Source: Eubacteriales bacterium
Lineage (GTDB): Bacteria > Bacillota > Clostridia > Oscillospirales > CAG-272
NCBI GenBank assembly: GCA_045632545.1
Contig: JAZQWY010000164.1
Location: 1 to 52,911 of the forward strand
Length of the DNA: 52,911 nucleotides
Direction: 5' to 3'
A program made the translations under genes and the position numbers. Numbering within the stretch: the first letter of the stretch is position 1; each line of letters opens with the position of its first letter. Below are positions 7,756 through 15,226 of the stretch, piece after piece. The notes beneath the pieces are model-generated. The model did no database searches. It saw nothing but the letters and a program-made list of their open reading frames with translations, and was not told the DNA's origin.

Positions 7756-8373
7756 TTAAGCGTTTTTAATGATTTTTGTCACAAGCCCGATTACGCGGAC
7801 ACGGAGAACGTCTCGCCCTTCAAAGCGGTGGGGCTTGTATTCTGGATTTATTGAATGAAGCTCTATCCAGTCCTCACCGTACAGCACTCGCTTGACAAAT
7901 CCCTCTGTGTCGTCTACGAGAACTACGGCGATTGAATTACTGTCCACGCTGTTTTGCTTGTGAACAAGTATGAGGTCGCCGTCCTCAATCTTTGGGTACA
8001 TACTATCACCCTTGACACGGATAAAAAGCGACTCGTTAGCTTCCGTCTGGCTTGACATAGCGAACGGCTGATAGTCTACAATATAGTCCTGAGCCATAAC
8101 GCCAAAGCCCGCTGACACCGTCTCATAAACGGGTATCATATGAATGGTTTTATCATATACAGCTCCGAGATTCGGGGCTTCTTTTGTTGTGCCCACAAGA
8201 TATTCTACTGAAACTCCGAAATAGTCAGCGATTTTTTGTAATGTAGTGCTTTGAGGTGTTGCACCATTTTTCCACCTCGTTACGGCTCCAGATGATATTT
8301 TTAATTTTTGTGCTACGGGATTTGGCTTTTCGCCTTTTTCGTTACATAATTTTACAAAGATATCCCAAAACAT
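7756..8373 (-). CDS. CI/LexA-like repressor with an XRE HTH domain and an S24 autopeptidase domain
   Basis: Contains an HTH (VAQKLKISSGAVTRWKNG), a cleavage-site-like VSAGFG, the catalytic GDSMYP and a downstream FVKRV lysine. Confidence 0.85.
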   Translation of the reverse strand: MFWDIFVKLCNEKGEKPNPVAQKLKISSGAVTRWKNGATPQSTTLQKIADYFGVSVEYLVGTTKEAPNLGAVYDKTIHMIPVYETVSAGFGVMAQDYIVDYQPFAMSSQTEANESLFIRVKGDSMYPKIEDGDLILVHKQNSVDSNSIAVVLVDDTEGFVKRVLYGEDWIELHSINPEYKPHRFEGRDVLRVRVIGLVTKIIKNA

Positions 8374-8406
8374 TTTTATTTTCCTTTCTTATGAAAAAAG
8401 TTTTTG

Positions 8407-8435
8407 TTGACATTGTGAGAAAAGTGAGATAAAAT
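8407..8435 (+). promoter_or_regulatory. Promoter divergent from the S24 repressor gene
   Basis: TTGACA (8407-8412), a 17-nt spacer, then TAAAAT (8430-8435). The spacer contains the direct repeat GTGAGA-AAA-GTGAGA. Confidence 0.6.
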
Positions 8436-8467
8436 ATAGATACTACGATATGGGGGGTGAAACAGTG

Positions 8468-8671
8468 ATGAAATATTCTCAATTATTGGAGTGGCAGAAG
8501 AAAGTAAGACCCGGGAAAGATGCCAGAAGACTCCATAAAGAATTAAAAAAATATGGCAGCGGACTTTTTTGGGAAATAAGATATCCATATCTGTCCATAT
8601 ATTTTCTGTCCATATATTTATCGTTATTTTCAATAATTATATCTATGCTCACGATAATCTTAAAAGTATGA
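8468..8671 (+). CDS. Hypothetical 67-aa tail-anchored membrane protein with a basic N-terminus and a hydrophobic C-terminus
   Basis: ATG 8468 follows GGGGGGTGA. The C-terminal 30 aa are hydrophobic. The DNA contains a 15-bp tandem repeat CTGTCCATATATTT(T/A) at 8591-8620, so the region could be partly regulatory. Confidence 0.45.
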   Translation: MKYSQLLEWQKKVRPGKDARRLHKELKKYGSGLFWEIRYPYLSIYFLSIYLSLFSIIISMLTIILKV

Positions 8672-8679
8672 ATGAATAC

Positions 8680-9033
8680 TTATCTAAATAAATTTTTCAA
8701 AAACTCTTGGCACCAAATAGGGAAGGGAGTAAAGGCATTTAAGATAGAAAGCAAAAAAGGAAAAGCGAAAAGAGTTAAAGAACCTAGCCTGGATAGAGTA
8801 TCTTTCTTTTTTGCGTATAGATAGGCTTTTCCATGTTCTTTAATTTTAGGTTGATAATAATAGTCACCGTCTTTATCACAAAGTACTACTTTAACATACT
8901 TAAGCGATTTCAAATATTCTATATCATCATTATTGTATTTTTCTGTGCGTATCATAGGATTGTCTTCACTGCTTTTTGCTATCTGTTTTAGCAGTTTTAA
9001 TTGTTTTGGACTTAAATCATAAAAATTAGTCAT
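8680..9033 (-). CDS. Hypothetical protein with a possible small wHTH-like N-domain and a C-terminal TM helix
   Basis: 117-aa ORF with an AAGGAAG RBS. It is the last gene of the immR-immA operon. The hydrophobic tail is GSLTLFAFPFLLSILNAFTPFPIW. Confidence 0.6.
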   Translation of the reverse strand: MTNFYDLSPKQLKLLKQIAKSSEDNPMIRTEKYNNDDIEYLKSLKYVKVVLCDKDGDYYYQPKIKEHGKAYLYAKKKDTLSRLGSLTLFAFPFLLSILNAFTPFPIWCQEFLKNLFR

Positions 9034-9045
9034 ATTGAGCTTCCT

Positions 9046-9558
9046 TTATAAACCGCTGTATAGCGGTTTTCTTTTTTTGCTTGTTTTATATTCGGAAAAA
9101 TCTATATACTGAGAAACGAGCTCGGAGAGTTCCGCGTTTAGATTCTTTAATTCTTCAACCTGTTTTTCGTATTCATCCAGAAGCCTGTCCGACGTTTCGG
9201 GTGTGTTTTTTCCCTCACTCAAAGAATTTACCCGGCTTATTCTGCTTAATGCCGAATAAATTTTATCACAGCAATCGTCTACATCTTCTCCAAATAGAAG
9301 GGGGACGTCTTTTATCAAGCGGAGATACTCGTTGAGCTTCTCATTGGTAGTATCGGTATAGCTCATCGTTACAAATGATTTTATTTCGCTGTAAAGCTCT
9401 AATCGTTTATCAAACAGTTGAAATCTCATAGCTTCTTTGGGATCTTTGGAAGGTTTTTTGGAACAGAAAATCGAAGTAAAGAGTTTTACGCCAATTGTAA
9501 TTATCCATTCTATGTTTGTTAAAAACCAACGACCTAATTCTGTAAAAAAGATATTCAT
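9046..9558 (-). CDS. Hypothetical protein with an N-terminal TM helix and a helical or coiled-coil body
   Basis: Track ORF trimmed to ATG 9558, which follows AAAGGAGA. The TM helix is WFLTNIEWIITIGVKLFTSIF. The remainder is charged and helical, and no motif was recognised. Confidence 0.6.
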   Translation of the reverse strand: MNIFFTELGRWFLTNIEWIITIGVKLFTSIFCSKKPSKDPKEAMRFQLFDKRLELYSEIKSFVTMSYTDTTNEKLNEYLRLIKDVPLLFGEDVDDCCDKIYSALSRISRVNSLSEGKNTPETSDRLLDEYEKQVEELKNLNAELSELVSQYIDFSEYKTSKKRKPLYSGL

Positions 9559-9649
9559 TTTTTTCTCCTTTCTAGTATACCGTTTATTACACGAGTTTGT
9601 ATTGTCCGATGATAACTTTGCCAAGAACACGGATTTGGTCAAGTTATAT

Positions 9650-10126
9650 TTACGAAAAACATTCTTCGTATAACTCTTTCGGCACAGTGTTGCCGTTTTG
9701 TTCGTGTATTCTGATTGCTTTTTCTATAAAACCACAGCTAACATTGAAATGTTCAGCAAGTTCCCAAAGTTCGCGACAGCCACATCTTACAGCTTCGCAT
9801 AATTCGGGAAATGGAACGACCTCTTTTATAGCCCACTCATTTGCCTTATTCTCGTGTTTTGCTCGAAGCTCGAAGGGCGAGTATCCCATGTAAAAAGAAT
9901 CAGTCATACAGTGTCCCATTTCGTGAGCAAACTGTTCCAGCCTTGTATGTTCTGTAAGTTCGTCATCTGAGAGCCCTATTATTCTTAAGTTGTTGGGGAG
10001 CTTTACCGACATTGATATAATGCTCGGAGGACAGCTCTCATCTATCTGTATGTTATTTTCTGCGGCTAAATCATGTAGCCGTTCAATTTTTGTTATTCCC
10101 GTATTTCTTTTTAACGTAGTCTGCAT
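9650..10126 (-). CDS. immA: ImmA/IrrE-family zinc metallopeptidase (anti-repressor protease)
   Basis: Contains the HExxH motif HEMGH in FAHEMGHCMTD. It overlaps the 3' end of the upstream XRE repressor gene, as in immR-immA pairs. Confidence 0.8.
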   Translation of the reverse strand: MQTTLKRNTGITKIERLHDLAAENNIQIDESCPPSIISMSVKLPNNLRIIGLSDDELTEHTRLEQFAHEMGHCMTDSFYMGYSPFELRAKHENKANEWAIKEVVPFPELCEAVRCGCRELWELAEHFNVSCGFIEKAIRIHEQNGNTVPKELYEECFS

Positions 10127-10439
10127 AGTTCATTACCTCGTCCCACATTTCGTCAGTTACTTCAGTGTCACCTCCAAATAGGGCGACTTTGAGCTCATCT
10201 TTTTGTAAAATTTTAGATTTATCACCTACAATGTATGTTATAGGAATTCCACACGCTGAGGCGATTTTTTGAAGTGTTGCCATTTTTACTTGTGTTGGTT
10301 TGCCTGTTCTAAAATCTATTCCTTTTTCGATATTGTCTATCGTGGTATGGCTAGTATGGCACATTTTGGCAAAATCTCGTAGAGACATATCACCACGAAG
10401 TTGTTTTATTATTTCGCCGATTTCTTTTTCATCTTTCAT
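10083..10439 (-). CDS. immR: XRE-family repressor, ImmR-like (the main lysogeny repressor candidate)
   Basis: Trimmed to ATG 10439, which follows AAGGAGG. HTH is LRDFAKMCHTSHTTIDNIEKG. It is divergent from the cro-like gene. Confidence 0.8.
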   Translation of the reverse strand: MKDEKEIGEIIKQLRGDMSLRDFAKMCHTSHTTIDNIEKGIDFRTGKPTQVKMATLQKIASACGIPITYIVGDKSKILQKDELKVALFGGDTEVTDEMWDEVMNYADYVKKKYGNNKN

Positions 10440-10476
10440 TTTATAGCCTCCTTTTTGTGTTGTGTTCGGATAACAT

Positions 10477-10567
10477 ATTGTACTATATAAACAACAAACT
10501 GTCAATATTTTTGTGCAAATTTATTTTGTTGTTTATGCTTGACAAACAGCTGTAGGAGTGTTATAAT
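10477..10567. promoter_or_regulatory. Genetic switch: back-to-back consensus promoters with repeated AAACAACA operator elements
   Basis: Minus strand: TTGACA (10505-10500), 17 nt, TACAAT (10482-10477). Plus strand: TTGACA (10539-10544), 17 nt, TATAAT (10562-10567). The inverted repeat ATAAACAACAAA (10487-10498)/TTTGTTGTTTAT (10525-10536) has a third related copy near 10579. Confidence 0.7.
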
Positions 10568-10602
10568 GGTGTAAAGTAAAAACAACAGAAAGGAGAAATG
10601 CT

Positions 10603-10803
10603 ATGAAAAATAGAATTAAGGTTTTGCGAGCTGAGAAAAAACTGAGTCAGGAGAAATTGGCGAATATGGCGGGAATATCGAGAACTGCTCTTGCTATGAT
10701 TGAAAATGATAAAGCAACCCCTAGCGGTGATACTGTAGCTTCATTAGTAAAAGCGTTAAATACTCCTGCGAATCTTATTTTTTTTGAGTATGATGTTGTT
10801 TGA
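10603..10803 (+). CDS. Cro-like XRE HTH regulator
   Basis: 66 aa, LSQEKLANMAGISRTALAMIENDK, with RBS AAAGGAGA. Confidence 0.8.
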   Translation: MKNRIKVLRAEKKLSQEKLANMAGISRTALAMIENDKATPSGDTVASLVKALNTPANLIFFEYDVV

Positions 10804-10892
10804 AAACAACAAGATGTACTATAAGAAAGATGAGATACAACTATAAGGATAATAAGATACCGAGAGTGGTAAAAGAAAAGGAAGAAAGGAAA

Positions 10893-11039
10893 ATGAGACA
10901 AAAAAGAAAGCCCCCGAAGGAGCGAAGAGTACGAGAGAAATTTAGGGAGTTTCTGCAATCAGACATCCGGATGTTGCAACTTTCGATAATTTTTTTAACA
11001 ATAGCGTTAGATTTGCTTCTTATAAAGGTATATTGGTGA
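10893..11039 (+). CDS. Hypothetical small basic protein with a C-terminal TM helix
   Basis: ATG 10893 follows AAGGAAGAAAGGA. The track ORF 10800..11039 was trimmed. Weak call. Confidence 0.35.
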   Translation: MRQKRKPPKERRVREKFREFLQSDIRMLQLSIIFLTIALDLLLIKVYW

Positions 11040-11062
11040 ACGAATGAAAGCGGGGTGAAATA

Positions 11063-11182
11063 ATGAGTTATTCAGTGTGCATTCATAGAGGAAAAATGTG
11101 TGACGGCTGTATGGATTGTTACGTCGAAGATGAAGAAATCGAAGAATCCGAAGAAGACGAAGAAGACGAAGAAGACTGTTAA
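11063..11182 (+). CDS. 39-aa peptide with four Cys and a polyacidic tail
   Basis: ATG 11063 follows GGGGTGA. Sequence is MSYSVCIHRGKMCDGCMDCYVEDEEIEESEEDEEDEEDC. Below the track cutoff. Confidence 0.45.
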   Translation: MSYSVCIHRGKMCDGCMDCYVEDEEIEESEEDEEDEEDC

Positions 11183-11200
11183 ATTGAAAGGAGAGCTAAA

Positions 11201-11404
11201 ATGAAAAGATTGTTTATTGTCGTGGATATGCTCGAGGATTGCGAGCCGGACATTGAGAAGATTAAGGACGTTATGATGGAACTCATTTGTATGAAAAAGG
11301 CGAACGGAGTATCTATGTTAAGCGGGGACGAGTACGCTCTGAGGAAGAAGATACCGACGTTTACAACAGAGGAACTCGTACAGAGATTAAAGGAGATAAA
11401 GTAA
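11201..11404 (+). CDS. Hypothetical early protein
   Basis: 67-aa ORF with RBS AAAGGAGAG. Confidence 0.6.
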   Translation: MKRLFIVVDMLEDCEPDIEKIKDVMMELICMKKANGVSMLSGDEYALRKKIPTFTTEELVQRLKEIK

Positions 11405-11405
11405 A

Positions 11406-11669
11406 ATGGCAGGACGAGCAGGATTGACAGACGAGCAGGTTGAACAGGAGATTAAACGATTAAGGAGTTCAGAAGCGGTACAGCTGGTTTGGTACGAGCA
11501 ACAGTTAAAATACAAAAGAAGAAAGTATATGTATCTTCTGCGAAGCTATGAGAAGAAAGGCAAAGTGCTTATGGAAGCGGGTATTACTAAAGAGAAGCTG
11601 AAGGCGATGTATGATACCGAATGCGAACTCATTGAGATTATGGAGGACCACGAAAATGAAAGAGAGTAA
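11406..11669 (+). CDS. Hypothetical early protein
   Basis: 87-aa ORF with RBS AAGGAGA, tightly packed against its neighbours. Confidence 0.6.
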   Translation: MAGRAGLTDEQVEQEIKRLRSSEAVQLVWYEQQLKYKRRKYMYLLRSYEKKGKVLMEAGITKEKLKAMYDTECELIEIMEDHENERE

Positions 11670-11877
11670 AGCAACAGTTACCGTGCAGGAAGCAGCTGAG
11701 ATATTCAGAAACGCGGGCGTGTCTATATCACTTGACGCGCTAAAAAAGGGAATAATAGATAAAGCGTTCCCAATAGGTGTGGCTATAAAGCTGACGCAGT
11801 GGGTATTTATAATTTACCGTAAGCCGCTTATGGAATACTTAAGGTCCGTAGGCGCGGAAATAAAAGAGGAGGCATAA
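11656..11877 (+). CDS. Small HTH protein, possibly an excisionase-type DNA-binding protein
   Basis: Trimmed to ATG 11656, which overlaps the upstream stop. VTVQEAAEIFRNAGVSISLDALKKGI resembles the MerR/excisionase-type HTH. Confidence 0.45.
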   Translation: MKESKATVTVQEAAEIFRNAGVSISLDALKKGIIDKAFPIGVAIKLTQWVFIIYRKPLMEYLRSVGAEIKEEA

Positions 11878-11879
11878 AA

Positions 11880-12209
11880 ATGAAAGACATCAAAGAAAAC
11901 CTTAGAGAAAACATCACAGAAAACCTTAGAGAAAACATCAGAAAAATGGCGGCGGAACTGTACGAGGGGGGCGTTGAGAGCGCCACCACGGCTATGAAAG
12001 CAGCGGAGATAGCAGTTGACAAAGGATACCGCAAATACCGCCGCGGGGCGTGGCTGAAGGACGAGAGCTATAAGGGGAGCAACAAGGAGATATACCGTTG
12101 CTCAGAGTGTGAACACTGGCAGTCCGCCAAAAAGGGAGACAATAAGATATTCTATATGAACTATTGTCCCTTCTGCGGCGCGAGAATGACCCCAGGAGAG
12201 GATTCGTAA
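11880..12209 (+). CDS. Hypothetical zinc-ribbon protein
   Basis: 109 aa with RBS GAGGAGG and CSECEHW..CPFCG. Contains a 24-bp tandem duplication at 11895-11942 (ENLRENIT/ENLRENIR). Confidence 0.65.
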   Translation: MKDIKENLRENITENLRENIRKMAAELYEGGVESATTAMKAAEIAVDKGYRKYRRGAWLKDESYKGSNKEIYRCSECEHWQSAKKGDNKIFYMNYCPFCGARMTPGEDS

Positions 12210-12451
12210 TGCTGGACAGGGATAATCTTGTCCTCGCTTGTAAAAACGGCTTTACGGTGGTCTACGAGGACAAGCTAAGGTCGTTCTCTATGCTGGGTAG
12301 GATAACAGGCATAATAACGCGCTTTGAAAAGGGCGTGTGCGTTCTGTCAGCTGAGGTGAAGGATATCCGCGCGAACTGTGTTTACCGTTGCGATCCTAAA
12401 GACCTCAGCCTGTGGCAAGGACAGGCCATAGAAACGAGGAAGGAGGGATAA
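12209..12451 (+). CDS. Hypothetical protein
   Basis: TAATG overlap start at 12209. 80 aa. Confidence 0.5.
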   Translation: MLDRDNLVLACKNGFTVVYEDKLRSFSMLGRITGIITRFEKGVCVLSAEVKDIRANCVYRCDPKDLSLWQGQAIETRKEG

Positions 12452-12457
12452 TTACAT

Positions 12458-12577
12458 ATGACCGAAGCATTGATAGGTATACTTATAGGCGGAATAATAA
12501 CCTTTGCGTTGTGTATGGCTTTTCACAAGATAGCCGAGTACGGAGAGAAGCACGATATAGTGCAAAAAAAGAAATGA
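12458..12577 (+). CDS. 39-aa single-TM peptide
   Basis: ATG 12458 follows AGGAGGGA. Sequence is MTEALIGILIGGIITFALCMAFHKIAEYGEKHDIVQKKK. Below the track cutoff. Confidence 0.45.
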   Translation: MTEALIGILIGGIITFALCMAFHKIAEYGEKHDIVQKKK

Positions 12578-12695
12578 CCGCAGACGTATTGCCGTCCGCG
12601 GTCAAAAGGAGGTAGATCAAATACTTCCTTGAAAAATGATACCATAGTTATTGTATCACAAAATCAAAAAAAAAGCAATAGAAACGGAGAAAAAT

Positions 12696-13316
12696 ATGAT
12701 AAAAAGTTTTAACGAGATGCGCGCAATAGACGTCTCTCCCTACGTGGAGAAAAGAGACGGTATAGACTATCTGAACTGGGCCCGCTGTAAGCAGCTCCTT
12801 CACGATAACGGCGCCGAAGTGGTATATTTCGAGCCTTGTATAAACGTCAACGGCTCCTCTCTCTTTATGAGTGACGCGGTATTTACCGATAAGAACGGAG
12901 TTACAAATCGCTGCTATGAGGTGAGGGTTAGGATAAAGATAGACGAGCTTGAATTTGAAATGCAGACACCCATTATGAACGGAGTTACGCCAGTCAAGGA
13001 TAATCTTATGTCGCAACAGAGAGTATGGAACGCTCAGACGAGAGCATTCGTAAAGGGTGTTGCTATGAGGACGGGGCTTGGCTTCGACCTGTGGCTGAAG
13101 GATATGGAAGGAATATCGCAGGAAGACGACCTTAATAAGCATAATATTAAAAGCATAGAGGAGAGAGTACAGAAAGCCTATACTCGCCTTGTTCGAAAGG
13201 GAATGACAACCAAAGAAATTGCCGAGGCTCTTCACAAAACAGAAGACGAGGTTCGTGTTTTCTTTACGTTTTTCTCGCAGATAGACCGCTTTGAAAAGGA
13301 ATTGTTGAAGATATGA
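12696..13316 (+). CDS. Single-strand annealing protein, Sak/DUF1071 (Rad52-like) type
   Basis: Trimmed to ATG 12696, which follows ACGGAGA. DYLNWARCKQLLHDNG..VYFEP and QRVWNAQTRAFVKGVAMRTGLGFDLW resemble Sak. It lies upstream of the exonuclease and SSB genes. Confidence 0.6.
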   Translation: MIKSFNEMRAIDVSPYVEKRDGIDYLNWARCKQLLHDNGAEVVYFEPCINVNGSSLFMSDAVFTDKNGVTNRCYEVRVRIKIDELEFEMQTPIMNGVTPVKDNLMSQQRVWNAQTRAFVKGVAMRTGLGFDLWLKDMEGISQEDDLNKHNIKSIEERVQKAYTRLVRKGMTTKEIAEALHKTEDEVRVFFTFFSQIDRFEKELLKI

Positions 13317-13864
13317 TATCGGATAAGGACCGGAGCTTGTGGCTGGGGGCTTCCGATACGGATAAAATCATAGGCAACTGGAAGACAGAAACGTTTGGAA
13401 AGTGGTGGATGCAGAAGCTCGGTATCAACAGAGACCACTTTGACAACAAATTCACTTCGGCCGGGAGTCACTATGAGCATCGCATCCTTGAGTCGCTCGG
13501 TGTTCCGATGGAATTTGACAAGCAGGTAATACTTGAGGACCTGAGACTTCGCGTAAATCTCGACGGAAACGACGAGGATACAATATACGAGTGTAAGACT
13601 TATATCCACGAGAAGGGCTTTAAGATGCCCCGTAAGTACGTTGATCAAGTTCGGGTACAGATGTTCGCCACAGGGCTCAGAAGGGCTAAAATCATAGCCT
13701 ACGGCTTCGAGGAGCGTGATTATGATAATTACTTCAACGAAATATCTCCTGAGCGACGTTCAGAATATCCTATTGAGTACGACGAGGTCTGGATAAACGA
13801 GGTGTATTTACCGAAGCTAACGTATCTATCGGAATGCTTGAAGGAAGGGAGGTTTCCTATATGA
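13313..13864 (+). CDS. YqaJ-like PD-(D/E)xK recombination exonuclease
   Basis: 183 aa with LGASDTDKIIG and DG..D..YECK motifs. Coupled to the annealase gene by an ATGA overlap. Confidence 0.7.
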   Translation: MISDKDRSLWLGASDTDKIIGNWKTETFGKWWMQKLGINRDHFDNKFTSAGSHYEHRILESLGVPMEFDKQVILEDLRLRVNLDGNDEDTIYECKTYIHEKGFKMPRKYVDQVRVQMFATGLRRAKIIAYGFEERDYDNYFNEISPERRSEYPIEYDEVWINEVYLPKLTYLSECLKEGRFPI

Positions 13865-14382
13865 AAGTTAGCGGTCGTATAGTCGGAGCGAATATCGACT
13901 TTAAGACTAACAAGCCCATGCTGATGCTTGAGGTTAACGAGAGAAACGATTTTGAGCAGATAGTTGTTGACCTAAGGGACAAGGACAAGCTATCTATTGA
14001 GGTGAAGCCCTACCGAGAACGCCGCAGCCTTAACTCTAACAACTATTCTTGGAAGCTGATAACCGAGATAGCCGACGTTCTAAGGGCGAACAAAGAAGAT
14101 ATATACCTTCTGATGCTGAAACGTTACGGACAAAGCGAGCTCATAAGCGCTCTCGCTCATATTCCTGTGACACAGTACGTTAAATACTGCGAGGAAGCCG
14201 GGGAGAGCACTCTGAACGGAAAGCTCTTCAAACATTACAAAGTATATAAAGGCTCAAGTGAGTTTGACAAACGAGAGATGTCTATATTTCTAGATGGCGT
14301 AGTGAGTGAGGCTAAGACGTTGGGGATACAGACAGAAACTCCAAATATGATAGCAGAGATGAATTCCCGATGGGGGGCATAG
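13861..14382 (+). CDS. Recombination-associated protein, tentatively NinB/Orf-like
   Basis: ATG 13861. RSLNSNNYSWKLITEIADV resembles the RSLxQNxxxW motif of lambda NinB. It lies between the exonuclease and SSB genes. Confidence 0.4.
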   Translation: MKVSGRIVGANIDFKTNKPMLMLEVNERNDFEQIVVDLRDKDKLSIEVKPYRERRSLNSNNYSWKLITEIADVLRANKEDIYLLMLKRYGQSELISALAHIPVTQYVKYCEEAGESTLNGKLFKHYKVYKGSSEFDKREMSIFLDGVVSEAKTLGIQTETPNMIAEMNSRWGA

Positions 14383-14397
14383 AAAGGAAAGAGAAAA

Positions 14398-14814
14398 GTG
14401 AGTAATCTAAACTTAAATAAAGTAATCATCGGCGGAAGGCTCTCTACCTTTCCCGAGCAGAGGCAAACGCCGCAGGGAACACCTGTATGCACATTTTCAA
14501 TAGCCGTAAATCGTAAGGGGAAAGACGGACAGGCGGATTTTTTTAACGTTACAGCGTGGAGACAGACAGCTGAGATAGTATCCAAGTATTTCAAAAAAGG
14601 CTCCTCGATAGCTCTTGTTGGATCCATTCAAACAAGAACGTGGACGGACTCGCAAGGGAACAAGCGTAACGCCTTTGAGATAGTCGCGGATGAAGTGTAT
14701 TTTGTGGATTCCAAAAGCGAGAGCGAGGGTAACGATTTCCCTACGTATACCCCTACAGCGAGTGAGCCAAAGTACGAGAAGCTAAGTGCAGAAGACGATA
14801 ATTTACCGTTCTAA
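14398..14814 (+). CDS. ssb: Single-stranded DNA-binding protein
   Basis: GTG start follows GAAAGGAAAGAG. OB-fold pattern (NKVIIGGRL..FFNVTAWRQTAE..VGSIQTRTW) and an acidic C-terminal tip DDNLPF. Confidence 0.9.
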   Translation: MSNLNLNKVIIGGRLSTFPEQRQTPQGTPVCTFSIAVNRKGKDGQADFFNVTAWRQTAEIVSKYFKKGSSIALVGSIQTRTWTDSQGNKRNAFEIVADEVYFVDSKSESEGNDFPTYTPTASEPKYEKLSAEDDNLPF

Positions 14815-14852
14815 TGGGGGCGAGGAGTGGAAATGAAAGGTGATACGGAGTA

Positions 14853-15215
14853 ATGCAAAGAAACGAAACAATCTGCGACAGATGCGGAAAAAGCAAAACG
14901 CTGCGAACCCAAAATGATATCATAATATCATTTGCCAAAATCGACTTATGGCAAGTTGGGCAGCATCGAACTGATGCACCGCAGAGGATTGACCTTTGCG
15001 AAGAATGTTACGAAAAATTTATTACTTTTTTGGAAGTAGGTGAATTGCTTTCAGAAGCTGAAGCTCAGATTAACACTGGAGCAGATAGCGGATTACCTGA
15101 TATTATCGTGAAAGGCTACGAGTATTTTTCTCCACAGGAAGTGCGGAAAATGACACCGAAAGAGATACACGAAAATTATTCCGCTATTATGCGGTCAATG
15201 AAGAAGTGGAATTAA
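14853..15215 (+). CDS. Hypothetical zinc-ribbon protein
   Basis: 120-aa ORF with CDRCG..CEEC. Confidence 0.6.
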   Translation: MQRNETICDRCGKSKTLRTQNDIIISFAKIDLWQVGQHRTDAPQRIDLCEECYEKFITFLEVGELLSEAEAQINTGADSGLPDIIVKGYEYFSPQEVRKMTPKEIHENYSAIMRSMKKWN

Positions 15216-15226
15216 AGGAGAAAAGA

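Noticed and set aside
8376-8633. The minus-strand 85-aa ORF between the S24 repressor gene and orf117
   Set aside because: It has no RBS and overlaps the plus-strand promoter, the RBS and the 67-aa ORF. Its sequence is low-complexity and looks like an antisense artefact.
7756-10439. Two tandem mobile elements (phage plus satellite), suggested by the two repressor systems
   Set aside because: There is only one integrase, one pair of att repeats and one packaging/structural set. The second repressor is better explained as cargo or a mosaic remnant within a single prophage.
12412-12615. The track ORF 12412..12615 (67 aa)
   Set aside because: It overlaps the end of the 12209..12451 gene and has no RBS. 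The alternative 39-aa TM peptide ORF at 12458..12577 has a strong AGGAGGGA RBS. Both remain low confidence.
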